From Bacteroidota bacterium (GTDB lineage: Bacteria > Bacteroidota > Ignavibacteria > UBA10030 > UBA6906): a DNA stretch of 56,410 nt. A program made the translations under genes and the position numbers. The stretch lies in assembly GCA_017860635.1 (NCBI GenBank), contig JAGDMK010000035.1, forward strand, positions 1 through 56,410. Reading direction: 5' to 3'. How positions within the stretch are numbered: the first letter of the stretch is position 1; every line of letters starts with the position of its first letter. Of the stretch, positions 42,235 to 51,884 are shown in pieces. The notes beneath the pieces were generated by a model. The model was not told where the DNA came from and ran no database searches. It saw only the letters and a list, made by a program, of their open reading frames with translations.

Positions 42235-44460
42235 ATGAAACAAACACTCCCCGCTCTGCTCGCTTTCCTCCTGCTGTACGGATGCGCCGCCTACAAAGAG
42301 CTGAGCCCCGAACCGCCGATCACCCCGGCCGAGCGCGGCTATGTCCAGCTCACGGACGGCGACGAGAATTTCCAGCTGGAGACGGACACCAAGTACTTCA
42401 TGGTGGTCCCCGGCCCGGGAAAGGACCAGTTCTATCTTGTGATCGCCACCGACAAGAAATGGGCCATCGAGCCACTGCTGACGCGCATCTTCGATAAAGG
42501 AGACGGGCCCGGTGAGCGCATCCCCGATGAAGCTGCGGCAGATGATTCTCTCCTGGTCTATCCCGTCGATGCCTCCAGCGCCACATACTTCTGGGTCCTG
42601 GAATCGGTCAAGGCAGACGTGGAACTCACCATGCGGTATCGGTTCGTCCCCCGCTGGCGGTTCACTTTTGAGAACAAATCCGCCGAATACCTCCGTACCC
42701 TGGAACAGAACACGGTCGACCGGACGACATTCAACGCCATCGACGGCCAGTTCTCATTCAGCGGATTCGATTTTGCCGGCAGACGTTCCATGCTGAAGAA
42801 CACGACCGCGGCGGTTACGACGATCAGCGATGACCTGAAGAGACTCGAAGGACTGTTCCCGCCGGATGTCCGCGGCTCACAGGACACCGCCTACCGCCGG
42901 CTCGTTGACCTGCAGAGAAAGGTGGCGGACGAACTCGATTTCCAGCAATCGTATGCTGCGGGGCTTGCGGCCTTTCAGCAATTGAACGACACGCCCGGAA
43001 AAACCCGGGAGTTCCTCTCAGCCGCCCCGGATTTCGTACGGCTGCTCCGCGACCCCCGGATCCCCGACCGGATCAGCACGCGTGCACGCCGCGACATTGT
43101 CTCCCGCTTTCCCGAGATATTCCGCCACTACGATGCCCAAGTGCGCTCGCACAAAGACCCTGTCGCATTCACGCTCACTCCTCCACTGGAATCCGTGAGG
43201 CAGCTCTACGAGGCGTGCGGGATGCCATACCCCAAGGAGTTCGGCACATTGAAGAACTATGTTGATCAGTTCAACAATGAAGCCGATGCCGTTCGGAACG
43301 CAGCGTCATTGCTGAAGAAGCTGGAACAGATGCCGGCAACGGAAGCAGAACTTCTGTCGGATTCCGCATATGCCGGTCTGATCACAACCGCGTCGACAGC
43401 GGTCGGGATGCTTCCCCGGGATAGCCGGCTGCCCGAGTTTGTGCAGTACAGGGATTACCCTGCGGCTGCCGCCCTGCAAAAGGAAGTTGCGGATGCGGCC
43501 GGACGCGCCGAAGGGTTCCGGCAGCTGTACACCACGGCGAGAGATCTGGCTGCCTCCACCTCCGCAGGAAACTGGTCCGCGTCGGAGTCCCTGTTGCAGA
43601 TGATGGATGTCAACATGCAACTGGCGGAGTATCCCGTTGTGAACCGTCAGAGGAACCGCCTCATCGAGGTCTTCGAGCGCACCATCTTCGAACGAGTCAT
43701 GGCGGCCACGAGAGCGCGGGCAGAAGCGTTTGCCGCAACCAACGTCACCACCCTCGAGCGGGTCCGGGAAATGTATTCGGACAGTGCGTTCATGCCGGCG
43801 TACGAGCTGCGCTACAGTGCTGCAGGGACGGCCGAGCTCTCCCGGAAACGCCAGCAGGTGCAGAACGAGATCGATCAGATCAAATACTACCGCTTCCCGG
43901 AGAGCGCCATACGGGCGTTGTACCGGATGTTGACCGAAAACATCACTGACCGTGGAGTGGAAAAGGCGCGGGCCATTGTGACTCACGGTGCGAACTACCG
44001 GGGAACAGACAAGCAAATCAAGGGCACCGTCAGTGAATGCGATCCCACGGTGCCCAAAACCATCGTGCGTCCAAAGGAATACCGTCGCGTCCTTGCCTTG
44101 CCGGTCACCAGCAATCCCCGGGGGACAAATGAGTATATGTTCCGTCTGCTCCTCCAGATCCCGTCGGATGCGCAGTTCCCGGTGTTTGACGTGAACATCA
44201 AACTTCCCGCTGACGTTGCACGGAATGCCGGCAGTGCGCCCTGGTACTCGTCCATCACCATCAACAAGACACCGATCAAGAATGAGGGGCGCTACCGCAT
44301 CACGGCGCCCACAGAGGCAAACGGATACGAATCCATGGTCACGCCCGTCCAGATGGACAAGGGAGGCCGTAACATACTTGAGGTCCGGTTCACCTATCCC
44401 GGATTCCGCGTCTTCGAGGTAAGCGGCATGGCGCAGGTACCGATCATCCGCAAGAACTGA
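42235..44460 (+). CDS. Large lipoprotein of unknown function (741 aa); first gene of the ABC-importer operon
   Basis: ORF 42025..44460. ATG 42235 lies 9 nt after GAGGAGG; ATG 42226 is an alternative. The lipobox is LLLYGC. It has a beta-rich N-terminal ~170 aa, a long predicted helical middle and a beta-rich C-terminal ~130 aa. I recognise no family motif. Confidence 0.7.
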   Translation: MKQTLPALLAFLLLYGCAAYKELSPEPPITPAERGYVQLTDGDENFQLETDTKYFMVVPGPGKDQFYLVIATDKKWAIEPLLTRIFDKGDGPGERIPDEAAADDSLLVYPVDASSATYFWVLESVKADVELTMRYRFVPRWRFTFENKSAEYLRTLEQNTVDRTTFNAIDGQFSFSGFDFAGRRSMLKNTTAAVTTISDDLKRLEGLFPPDVRGSQDTAYRRLVDLQRKVADELDFQQSYAAGLAAFQQLNDTPGKTREFLSAAPDFVRLLRDPRIPDRISTRARRDIVSRFPEIFRHYDAQVRSHKDPVAFTLTPPLESVRQLYEACGMPYPKEFGTLKNYVDQFNNEADAVRNAASLLKKLEQMPATEAELLSDSAYAGLITTASTAVGMLPRDSRLPEFVQYRDYPAAAALQKEVADAAGRAEGFRQLYTTARDLAASTSAGNWSASESLLQMMDVNMQLAEYPVVNRQRNRLIEVFERTIFERVMAATRARAEAFAATNVTTLERVREMYSDSAFMPAYELRYSAAGTAELSRKRQQVQNEIDQIKYYRFPESAIRALYRMLTENITDRGVEKARAIVTHGANYRGTDKQIKGTVSECDPTVPKTIVRPKEYRRVLALPVTSNPRGTNEYMFRLLLQIPSDAQFPVFDVNIKLPADVARNAGSAPWYSSITINKTPIKNEGRYRITAPTEANGYESMVTPVQMDKGGRNILEVRFTYPGFRVFEVSGMAQVPIIRKN

Positions 44461-44494
44461 CACCGATTACCATGACCCAGCACGAAGGAGATGA

Positions 44495-46297
44495 ATGATG
44501 GCAGGCGAGACTCCAACGAACAGCGTTGAGACTCAGAAACCCGAACCTGTGCGGCAGGCAGGGGGCAGGCGTAAGTACTACTTCATCGCGGCCGGGGCAC
44601 TCCTCGCCGTGGCCGCCGTCGTAGTCTATCTCCTGACCCGCCCCGGCCTTGCCGATCAGATCGTCATACCATACATCGCCCACCAGAAGCCGGCGGTGGA
44701 TCCGCATCTTCCGAACGCCAACGCCCTTGCGGACAAGCTCGACGAGGTCGTGTTTGACGGCCTGTTCAACGTTTCCGCAAACCCGAGCGGCGTTGTGTAC
44801 GAAGACGGGCTCGGAGAGTTCCTCGGGATCGACGACCAGAATATCGTACAGGTTCGGTTGAAGAGCGATGTGCGCTGGCACGACAGTTATACGGTGACAC
44901 GCGATGGCGACGAGGTCGTCATTGCCGATGGGCGCCAGCACCTCTTCTCGGCACGTGACCTCTCATTCACGCTCCGCCGGATTCAGGCGCTCGGGTCGCT
45001 CTCTCCTGACTGGATCCTTGTGTCGCAGGCCATTGACCCTGTCGCATTCGAAGGCCCGGACCAGGATAACATCATCCGGTTCCGTTTCAAATCGGACAGG
45101 ATTTGGACACAGGCCGACATCAAGGAGGTGCTCTCGTTCAAAATCCTTCCAGACGATTCACCCATGAACGCCCTGATGTACACGGTGGGGACCGCATCCT
45201 TTCTCACCCTCCCTCCTGACGAAGGGAAAGCAGAGTACCACAAAGTACCCGGGTCGCAGGCATCGATCACCAGCGTCGTGCTTGCTCCTTTCATTGACAA
45301 CAGCACATACACAACAGAATTCAGCAGCGGGAATATCAACGTACTTCTGGAAACACCCTTCGGCAGCCTTTCTCCCATCCTCGGCGATTCAACGGAATCG
45401 TTCACCAAGTCCAGCATCAGCACGACGTTCTTTGCCGTACTGTTCAACACCGAACGGCTCTCTCGCGAACAGCGCATCGAGCTGCGAAAGCTCCTGGACA
45501 GCAGGATCCTCGCAGACCGGTTTTTCAAAGTCGGCACTCCGCAGCAACGGCACATTCTTGACTACAAAGGAAACCGGGACAACTACGCCGACTACATCAA
45601 CAGCAGTGTCTTCCCGTCCAGTTCGTATTACGTCGACGAGGAGATCGTCGTTCCCGCAGGGGACTCAACCCTTCCCAACCTGTCTCTCCTGCCGGACACG
45701 GTACAGATCCGCGCCTGTGTGAACTACGGCTTCCGTGAAGAATACGCCGACATGCTCACCATCCTCAACGATCCGTCGGTCACGCGCGGACGGGTTCGTG
45801 CGCTGGCCGTGGGAAACGATGACATCATCCAGGGCAAGTACGACGCCCTCCTGATTGCCATCAGCGGCTACCGCAGCAACTTCCTGTTCGATCTCTACGA
45901 CGTGTTCATGCGGGAACCGGACCTTGCGACGTACACGATTGCCCTTGTTGCCGGCACTGACGGCACCGGATCACCTGTGGCGCAGCCGGCTTCGTTTCAG
46001 AGCACGAAGAATTTCTTCCGGCTCGACGCCACACGGGAAGGGCCGGAGCGTGCCGACATAGCGACTCTGCTCCAGTATGTTCACGGGTTCATGTCCACGC
46101 GCTTCATCGGGGACAAGCAGGAGTACGCACGCCGCGTTCATGAGATCGAGCATTCCATGGCCCTGGGAGCCTGGCTCTTCTCGATGCCGTCTCTGGCGTA
46201 CTTCCGGACACAGTTTGACCCGAATTCCATCGACCTGTATGGTGTTGCCTCACAGCTTTCAACGATCGAGAAATGGCGGGAGAAGACGGACGATTAG
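44495..46297 (+). CDS. Membrane-anchored ABC transporter substrate-binding protein, family 5 (Opp/Dpp-like), divergent
   Basis: AAGGAG lies upstream of the start. It has an N-terminal TM anchor (YYFIAAGALLAVAAVVVYLL) rather than a lipobox. The SBP_bac_5-like opening is DPHLPNANALADKLDEVVFDGLFNV......VQVRLKSDVRWHDSY...LFSARDLSFTLRRI. Confidence 0.7.
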   Translation: MMAGETPTNSVETQKPEPVRQAGGRRKYYFIAAGALLAVAAVVVYLLTRPGLADQIVIPYIAHQKPAVDPHLPNANALADKLDEVVFDGLFNVSANPSGVVYEDGLGEFLGIDDQNIVQVRLKSDVRWHDSYTVTRDGDEVVIADGRQHLFSARDLSFTLRRIQALGSLSPDWILVSQAIDPVAFEGPDQDNIIRFRFKSDRIWTQADIKEVLSFKILPDDSPMNALMYTVGTASFLTLPPDEGKAEYHKVPGSQASITSVVLAPFIDNSTYTTEFSSGNINVLLETPFGSLSPILGDSTESFTKSSISTTFFAVLFNTERLSREQRIELRKLLDSRILADRFFKVGTPQQRHILDYKGNRDNYADYINSSVFPSSSYYVDEEIVVPAGDSTLPNLSLLPDTVQIRACVNYGFREEYADMLTILNDPSVTRGRVRALAVGNDDIIQGKYDALLIAISGYRSNFLFDLYDVFMREPDLATYTIALVAGTDGTGSPVAQPASFQSTKNFFRLDATREGPERADIATLLQYVHGFMSTRFIGDKQEYARRVHEIEHSMALGAWLFSMPSLAYFRTQFDPNSIDLYGVASQLSTIEKWREKTDD

Positions 46298-46319
46298 CTG
46301 TTTCGGGACATCGGCGGTG

Positions 46320-47261
46320 ATGCAGGTGCGCGGTGCAGGGCATCGTCCGTGCCTCATGGGAATTCACGTACGGGGTCCGTGGATCCGGGTGCCGATGTCC
46401 CTCTGGCTGCTCCTGCCGTGCATCGTGATGCTTCACGCAGGCCGGGCAGAGAATTCTCCCCGCCGGGCGGATTTCTTCATCGTCGAACGTGCCGGCGCCC
46501 TGCGAATCTACGACCACTACCAGCAGCCTGTCCGCGATCCCGGACTCCAGGGCATTCTTCCGTTCACACCATTCAGGATCACTGCCTGGCAGTCCATGAT
46601 GGGCGACGGCCTCACATCCTCTTCCACTGTGGAACTCCACGGCCGCCGCTTTTTTCTCCTTCGGGATCCGGAGACCCGGTTGCTCGTCGGAGAACACAGT
46701 GCGGGGTACACGCTCACTGTCCGCGACGCCGAGATCCTGGATGATACACTGCTGGTTACTGCCCCCCGCGGCGTCGAACTCCTCGCCCCCGGCAGGGGTT
46801 CGGCAATCCGGCTGACCAGGGGGGACCGCCTCATCCTCCTCTTCCGCTGGCAGGGCAAGACCTATGGTTATACAGACCGCGCCGGGGGCTCCTTTGGCTG
46901 GATATCCCTGCCTGCGGGCGCTGCACGCACTTCAAGGTCAGCCATCCCTGGATCGGCCGGGACTGGAGCTTCTCCCCCTGCCGAGATCATATCACGCATT
47001 CGTGGCCCGGTCGACGAGCTGAACTCGACGCTCCGGCGTCTGTACACATTTCTCGATGCGGAAAGTGGCATACGCCGGCAACCCCCTCAGTGGTCCGTGG
47101 AACCCGAGGGCAGATCACTCTTCTGCCTGCTTCGCTCCGAGCTCCCGGCAGCGACGTATGCCGAGAGCTCTGCCCAGCTGGCAAAACGGATCGAAGGACG
47201 GCTGCTTGGTACAGGATACAACGTACGCCACCAACCGGGACGGATCGAGATCCAGCCATGA
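46320..47261 (+). CDS. Secreted hypothetical protein (start uncertain: 46320, 46356 or 46395)
   Basis: Only the part of ORF 46077..47261 after the SBP stop (46297) can be real. The signal-like segment is MSLWLLLPCIVMLHAGRAE. The stop overlaps the next ATG (ATGA at 47258-47261). No family is recognised. Confidence 0.55.
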   Translation: MQVRGAGHRPCLMGIHVRGPWIRVPMSLWLLLPCIVMLHAGRAENSPRRADFFIVERAGALRIYDHYQQPVRDPGLQGILPFTPFRITAWQSMMGDGLTSSSTVELHGRRFFLLRDPETRLLVGEHSAGYTLTVRDAEILDDTLLVTAPRGVELLAPGRGSAIRLTRGDRLILLFRWQGKTYGYTDRAGGSFGWISLPAGAARTSRSAIPGSAGTGASPPAEIISRIRGPVDELNSTLRRLYTFLDAESGIRRQPPQWSVEPEGRSLFCLLRSELPAATYAESSAQLAKRIEGRLLGTGYNVRHQPGRIEIQP

Positions 47262-48332
47262 CCCGGCAGCTCCTTGATCACGTCTATAGTGTTGTGGTGG
47301 TTCTTGCAGTATTCTTCGTCATCCTGAAGATCGTCGCACCCTCTCCGGACGCCGCACGGCAATCGCGCGAATCGGAGATCGCCCCCTATCTCGACCTCGA
47401 CATTCTGGATTACAGCTCCCCGCTCGATCGTGCGATTCTGAAAGAGGCCCTCACAGCATACTATCCCGGTGAGCCCGGCCGGGGAGATTCCCTGCTTTCT
47501 GCCATCGACGCCCATCGCCGTGAGGCCTTCACAAATCCTGCGCTCAAAGCGGGTGCGGAGAAACCGGGTCTGACGCCGCGCACGCTTGCCCGGCTTGCCC
47601 CCATGTACGTGCAGTTCGTCCTTCTGTATGCCGTCGTACTGGTTCTGACTGTGTACGGTGCGCGGATGATGGGGACCTTCAGGTTCATCCGGACGCAGCA
47701 ACGGCGCCTCCCCGCACTTCTGGAATTCCTGTACACCCCTGGCGGCCCTGATGCGAAGCCTCGTGAACGGGATGCTGTATGCTCTGCTGTTTTCCCCTGC
47801 CTACGTCATCGCATACTCCTTCAAATCACACATGGAAGGAGGGGCCTATCTGTTCATGGTCGTCCTGGGAGTCGTCTCCAACGGAATGCTTGTCACCTCT
47901 GCAAACAGGTTCTACACTTTTCTGGTCCACGAAAGCGCCAGGGGATACGTGGACACCGCCATTGTCAAAGGCCTGAACGCATCCTACATGTGGAATGTCC
48001 CGGATGGACTTCCCCGCAGGGCCATTCTGCGGCCCGCGGGAGCTTCCCGGGGCCACGTCTTTCACCATATCTACGAAAACGCCAGGTACCTGTATATTCC
48101 CGCAGTCAAGCAGCAGGCTTCGTTCCTCATCACCGGTCTCGTGATCATCGAGATGGCACTGAACATCCAGGGACATCTCTGCTATGAGCTCATGCAGAAC
48201 ATCCTGTACCGCGACTATGAAGTGGTGGCGGGGATTGTGATAGCTATCTTCCTGGTCGTCAAGGCAACGGAAGTCATGGTCGACATCTGGTTCATCCGGG
48301 AATCACGGCGGTACGAGAATGCCAATGCGTGA
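47258..48332 (+). pseudogene. ABC transporter permease (OppB/DppB-like) with an interrupted reading frame near 47735 (frameshift or assembly error)
   Basis: The 5' part is in the frame of ORF 47090..48187 and starts at ATG 47258 (MTRQLLDHVYSVVVVLAVFFVIL..). After about 47740 that frame becomes Arg/His-rich nonsense. The +1 frame (ORF 47751..48332) carries the conserved permease core: VDTAIVKGL.....HHIYENARYLYIPAVKQQASFLITGLVIIEMALNIQGHLCYELMQNILYRDYEVVAGIVIAIF. A C4 run lies at 47735-47739. Confidence 0.6.
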
Positions 48333-49227
48333 CTTAGGAAGCCGGCAACGGATCCCATGGCTGCTCGTACGGCTGACCAGGCTCGTTACGGATTCACCCG
48401 ACAGGCTCTGGGCGGGACTCTGGATCCTCGGGATCGGCGCGCTGTGGGCATGGGATGCGGCCTTCCTCAACCGGCCGGCGTACCTCCGGCTCCAGGCGGC
48501 ATTTGTCAACACGATGGCCGGCGCCACACTCACGGTCCTGTTCACGCTCGTGCTGGGCTGGTCTGCGGGCCTCGTTCTTGACAGCCTGTCGCGGCGTTCA
48601 TCCCGCATTCCCTACCTGCTGCTCACGTTCACGCTGAGCCTGATCCGTTCCCTTCCGCAGATCGTCGGTATCCTCATTGGCTACGTGCTGCTGACGATCT
48701 TCATCGAGCGCGACATCGTGCGGAGCACATATCTCCATCTGATCTGGACCGCCCTGCTCATCAGTGTCTTTACCTTTCTCGAATTGACCGATCTTCTCCG
48801 GGAGCGCATCGATCAGTACCGGAAGACCGATTTCTTCAACGCGATGCTCTGCTGCGGGATTCCGGAGCGGCGGATCATCAACGTGGATGTGCTCTGGAAG
48901 AACAGCCTCGCGCACATCTTCCAGAAGCTCATCGCAACATTCGGCATGGCGATCTTCCTCCAGTGCAGCATCGATTTCATTATCTCCGTCGGACTCTCGA
49001 TGGATGTCAGCCTCAGCAATTTCTCCCCGACACTGGGCAGTCTTCTTGCCTCCCTCGACAGCAAACAGGACATACTTGCCATCGGTGTGGCGCTCGGCAG
49101 GCCCGGCTACGCGGGTGAGCTGCTGTTCCGTCACCTCCAGGGCATCAGCGTGGCGTTCCTCATTGTGTTCTCGCTGGTGTGCATGTACAAGATTTCGAAC
49201 GGCATCGTTCGCAGGTACCGCCTGTGA
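48319..49227 (+). CDS. ABC transporter permease (OppC/DppC-like), divergent
   Basis: It overlaps the previous gene by 14 nt. It has six hydrophobic segments and an EAA-loop-like region (TDFFNAMLCCGIPERRIINVDVLWKNSLAHIFQKLIATFGMAIFLQCSIDFI). Confidence 0.65.
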   Translation: MPMRDLGSRQRIPWLLVRLTRLVTDSPDRLWAGLWILGIGALWAWDAAFLNRPAYLRLQAAFVNTMAGATLTVLFTLVLGWSAGLVLDSLSRRSSRIPYLLLTFTLSLIRSLPQIVGILIGYVLLTIFIERDIVRSTYLHLIWTALLISVFTFLELTDLLRERIDQYRKTDFFNAMLCCGIPERRIINVDVLWKNSLAHIFQKLIATFGMAIFLQCSIDFIISVGLSMDVSLSNFSPTLGSLLASLDSKQDILAIGVALGRPGYAGELLFRHLQGISVAFLIVFSLVCMYKISNGIVRRYRL

Positions 49228-50648
49228 CGCACACCGACTACACGATCACCATCCGCAAAGGCGGGACAGTCCTCGTCGACATGCAGGGGTTTGTCCTTCC
49301 TCCCGGCAGGATTACGTTCCTGTTCGGCGAATCCGGAATCGGCAAATCGTTGACCGGCAAAGCCCTGTTCGGACTTCTCGATCCTGACGATCTGACTGCC
49401 ACCGTCAACGGCCAATCCTACGAAACCTATCGGGCATCCGCGGCGGCGCGGAAGATGCGGGCGAAAGGGTTTTTCGTCTTTCAGGAGCCTTCGTCCCATC
49501 TCAACCCGCTCATGACACTCCAAGAACAGCTCGACGAAGCGCATTCCGACACGGCCGGCCTCTCCCCGATTCTGCGCGCACTCTGGCAGGGCTCTGAAGA
49601 TGACGATCTCCGGGACCTGCTCCGTGTCTACCCGAAGCCGCACCGCCCCAGCGGCGGGGAAAAACAACGCATCCTCTGTGCCATGGCCCTGCACCGGATG
49701 ATGACGACGCCGGATCTCGGCGGCACGGATGAGGCCCTCTTCGTTTTCGACGAGCCGACGGGGAGTCTTGACAACCGGTACCGGGACGTCGTCCTCGGAC
49801 TGATCGCCGAGGCCTTCCGCCGCCGGCCGTGTACTGTACTGATCATCACCCATGATTACTCCATGATCAGCATGGTCACCGAACACTGGCATGACATCAG
49901 AGACCGGGTCGCGTTCACGGAAATGACGCTCACAGAGGAAGGGCAGCGGCAGAAAGCCTTCGCACCCGACACCTACATCTCGTGGATCAGGAAGCTGCAG
50001 CCACTCCGGCCTACGGATGCGGGTGAGGCCGCGGCTCCGGCGATACTCCGGGTCGAGCCATCCCATTCCGTCTTCGGGCGTGACCTCACTATCACCGGCC
50101 GGGACTCGCGATTACCGCATCCCCTGACCATCGCACCGGGAACAATGGCCTACCTGAAAGCTCCTGGAGGAATACATCTCTCGGAGAAAACGCACCGCTC
50201 GACGTGGGAACGGGAGATCTGGGGACGGAAGGCAGCCATGGTCTTCCAGCATGCCGATGAAGCGTTGAATCCGCGATCGCGTGTCAGCGAGGTGTTCGAC
50301 GGGCTGCCAGGGCTCACCATCTCTCGCGAGGAAGTAGGCAGGCGGGTGCTTGCATTCATCGGCGGGGATTCAGAAGCCGGATTTCTGGAGCGCCGTGCAG
50401 GCTCACTCAGCGGAGGTCAGAAGCAGAGGCTCAACATCCTGCGGAGTCTACTGCTGGAGACTCCGTTGCTGATTCTGGATGAGCCGCTCAACGGTCTCGA
50501 CTTTGCCAGCATGAAGAACGTGTTGGACCTCCTGCACGAGCGGCTCGCACGGGGCCAGGGAATTCTGCTGATCTCGCACAACGAAGAGGTGTTTGACGCG
50601 TTGATCCCTGCGAAAGATCTGTACTATCTGACCGCAGAACCCTCCTGA
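49224..50648 (+). CDS. Fused double-NBD ABC transporter ATPase (OppD/F-like) with a degenerate second Walker A
   Basis: The GTG 49224 start overlaps the previous stop (GTGA).
- NBD1: Walker A GESGIGKS, signature SGGEKQR, Walker B LFVFDEP, H-loop ITHD.
- NBD2: Walker A position reads GGIHLSEKT (Glu in place of the second Gly), signature LSGGQKQR, Walker B LLILDEP, H-loop ISHN. Confidence 0.85.
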   Translation: MTHTDYTITIRKGGTVLVDMQGFVLPPGRITFLFGESGIGKSLTGKALFGLLDPDDLTATVNGQSYETYRASAAARKMRAKGFFVFQEPSSHLNPLMTLQEQLDEAHSDTAGLSPILRALWQGSEDDDLRDLLRVYPKPHRPSGGEKQRILCAMALHRMMTTPDLGGTDEALFVFDEPTGSLDNRYRDVVLGLIAEAFRRRPCTVLIITHDYSMISMVTEHWHDIRDRVAFTEMTLTEEGQRQKAFAPDTYISWIRKLQPLRPTDAGEAAAPAILRVEPSHSVFGRDLTITGRDSRLPHPLTIAPGTMAYLKAPGGIHLSEKTHRSTWEREIWGRKAAMVFQHADEALNPRSRVSEVFDGLPGLTISREEVGRRVLAFIGGDSEAGFLERRAGSLSGGQKQRLNILRSLLLETPLLILDEPLNGLDFASMKNVLDLLHERLARGQGILLISHNEEVFDALIPAKDLYYLTAEPS

Positions 50649-50795
50649 CGCCGATGTTCATTATTGTCTTTCAATGGGCCTCGCTGTGGATTGCGCTCGC
50701 AGTGGCAATCACGGCGACAACGAAGAAACGCTCAGGAAAGGAGTCGTCGACAACAGCGATCGTGTAAACTCGCGCCGGATGCGCCACCGGTGGGC

Positions 50796-51875
50796 TCAGG
50801 GCGTGAGGAGCTTCTGTTTGGCCTGAAGATAGTAGCAGTAATTGCTGTACGTGACATCCATGGGGACCCTGTGATCGACGCAGGGGATGAACCGCCCCTG
50901 CTCGATGAGGGGACGCAGGCGATCGATCTCTGCATCAATTGCCGACCTGCCCGCAATGAGAGCGCGTTTGTCCACGCCGCCCAGGAGTAGGACCGAAGGA
51001 AGGTCTCTCCTCAGCTTGAACGCATCGGTGTGCGCCGCTTCGAGCGGAAACATGCAGTTGATGCCAGCCTCCAGCCATCCCGGTGCGAGCTCATGGATCC
51101 GGCCGTCACAGTCCAGGACGTTGATGTCGATGCCGTGCTCGCGGAGAGCACCGGTGATGCGCTTGTAGCGGGGGACCATGAGCTCTTCAAAAAGACGGGG
51201 CGAGATCAGAGGCCCTCTGTTGTAGCACATGTCTTCCCACCACCACGCGATGTCCACTCCGCTTGCCGGAAGGGCCCGGTCGATCAGCGCGAGCGTCAAT
51301 TCCGTGATGTGCTCCATCATCTCTTCAACCCATGGCCTGTCGGTCATGATTGCCACGGAGAACTCCTCGACACCCATCCAGTTTCTCAGCCAGCCATACA
51401 GTGCCCCGGCGTGAAAGAATGTCGGACGGCCCGTCTGTTTTGCCTTGTGGAAGAACGCTGCCAGGTCATCTATTCTTCCTTCTGTATTGGGATCCAGACG
51501 CTCGCTCCGGAGGCGTTCCCAGTCTTCCCGCGTCTCAAGCCCGAATTTGATGTAGCGCGGCATCGTCGAGGTCTTTATAAACGCTTCGGTGATGTTTCCT
51601 TCGTCGTCTCTGACAATTTCCCGTTCGCCGTCAGTCGATAAGACCTTCCGCTCGAAGCGGGGATAGAGGCCAGTCCGGATCGGGATTTCTTCAAACAATG
51701 TAATGCCATCAAGGCCGAAGTACTCCTCGGCTTCAGCATCTGTCGTCACGTCTCTCGGAAGGCCTTGAGTGTGCCAGGCTGAAAGGGTGAGGGTCCAGTA
51801 GCCGAATTCCACGTTTGGGATCCGGTCTGTGTACTGGCCTCTGAACACGTTAAGGAGTTGTTCTCGTACGGTCAC
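50796..51875 (-). CDS. Uroporphyrinogen-decarboxylase (URO-D/MtaA-like) family protein
   Basis: A 359-aa ORF. The opening is MTVREQLLNVFRGQYTDRIPNVEFGYW. Later blocks (WWWEDMCYNRGPLISPRLFEELMVPRYKRI, GINCMFPLE) resemble the URO-D superfamily members that are often annotated next to sugar-utilisation genes. The family call is from memory. Confidence 0.7.
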   Translation of the reverse strand: MTVREQLLNVFRGQYTDRIPNVEFGYWTLTLSAWHTQGLPRDVTTDAEAEEYFGLDGITLFEEIPIRTGLYPRFERKVLSTDGEREIVRDDEGNITEAFIKTSTMPRYIKFGLETREDWERLRSERLDPNTEGRIDDLAAFFHKAKQTGRPTFFHAGALYGWLRNWMGVEEFSVAIMTDRPWVEEMMEHITELTLALIDRALPASGVDIAWWWEDMCYNRGPLISPRLFEELMVPRYKRITGALREHGIDINVLDCDGRIHELAPGWLEAGINCMFPLEAAHTDAFKLRRDLPSVLLLGGVDKRALIAGRSAIDAEIDRLRPLIEQGRFIPCVDHRVPMDVTYSNYCYYLQAKQKLLTP

Positions 51876-51884
51876 GGATTCTTC

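Noticed and set aside
50664-50990. A 108-aa plus-strand ORF after the ABC ATPase gene.
   Set aside because: It is mostly antisense to the 3' end of the URO-D-family gene, is Arg/Gln-rich, and has no motif or RBS.
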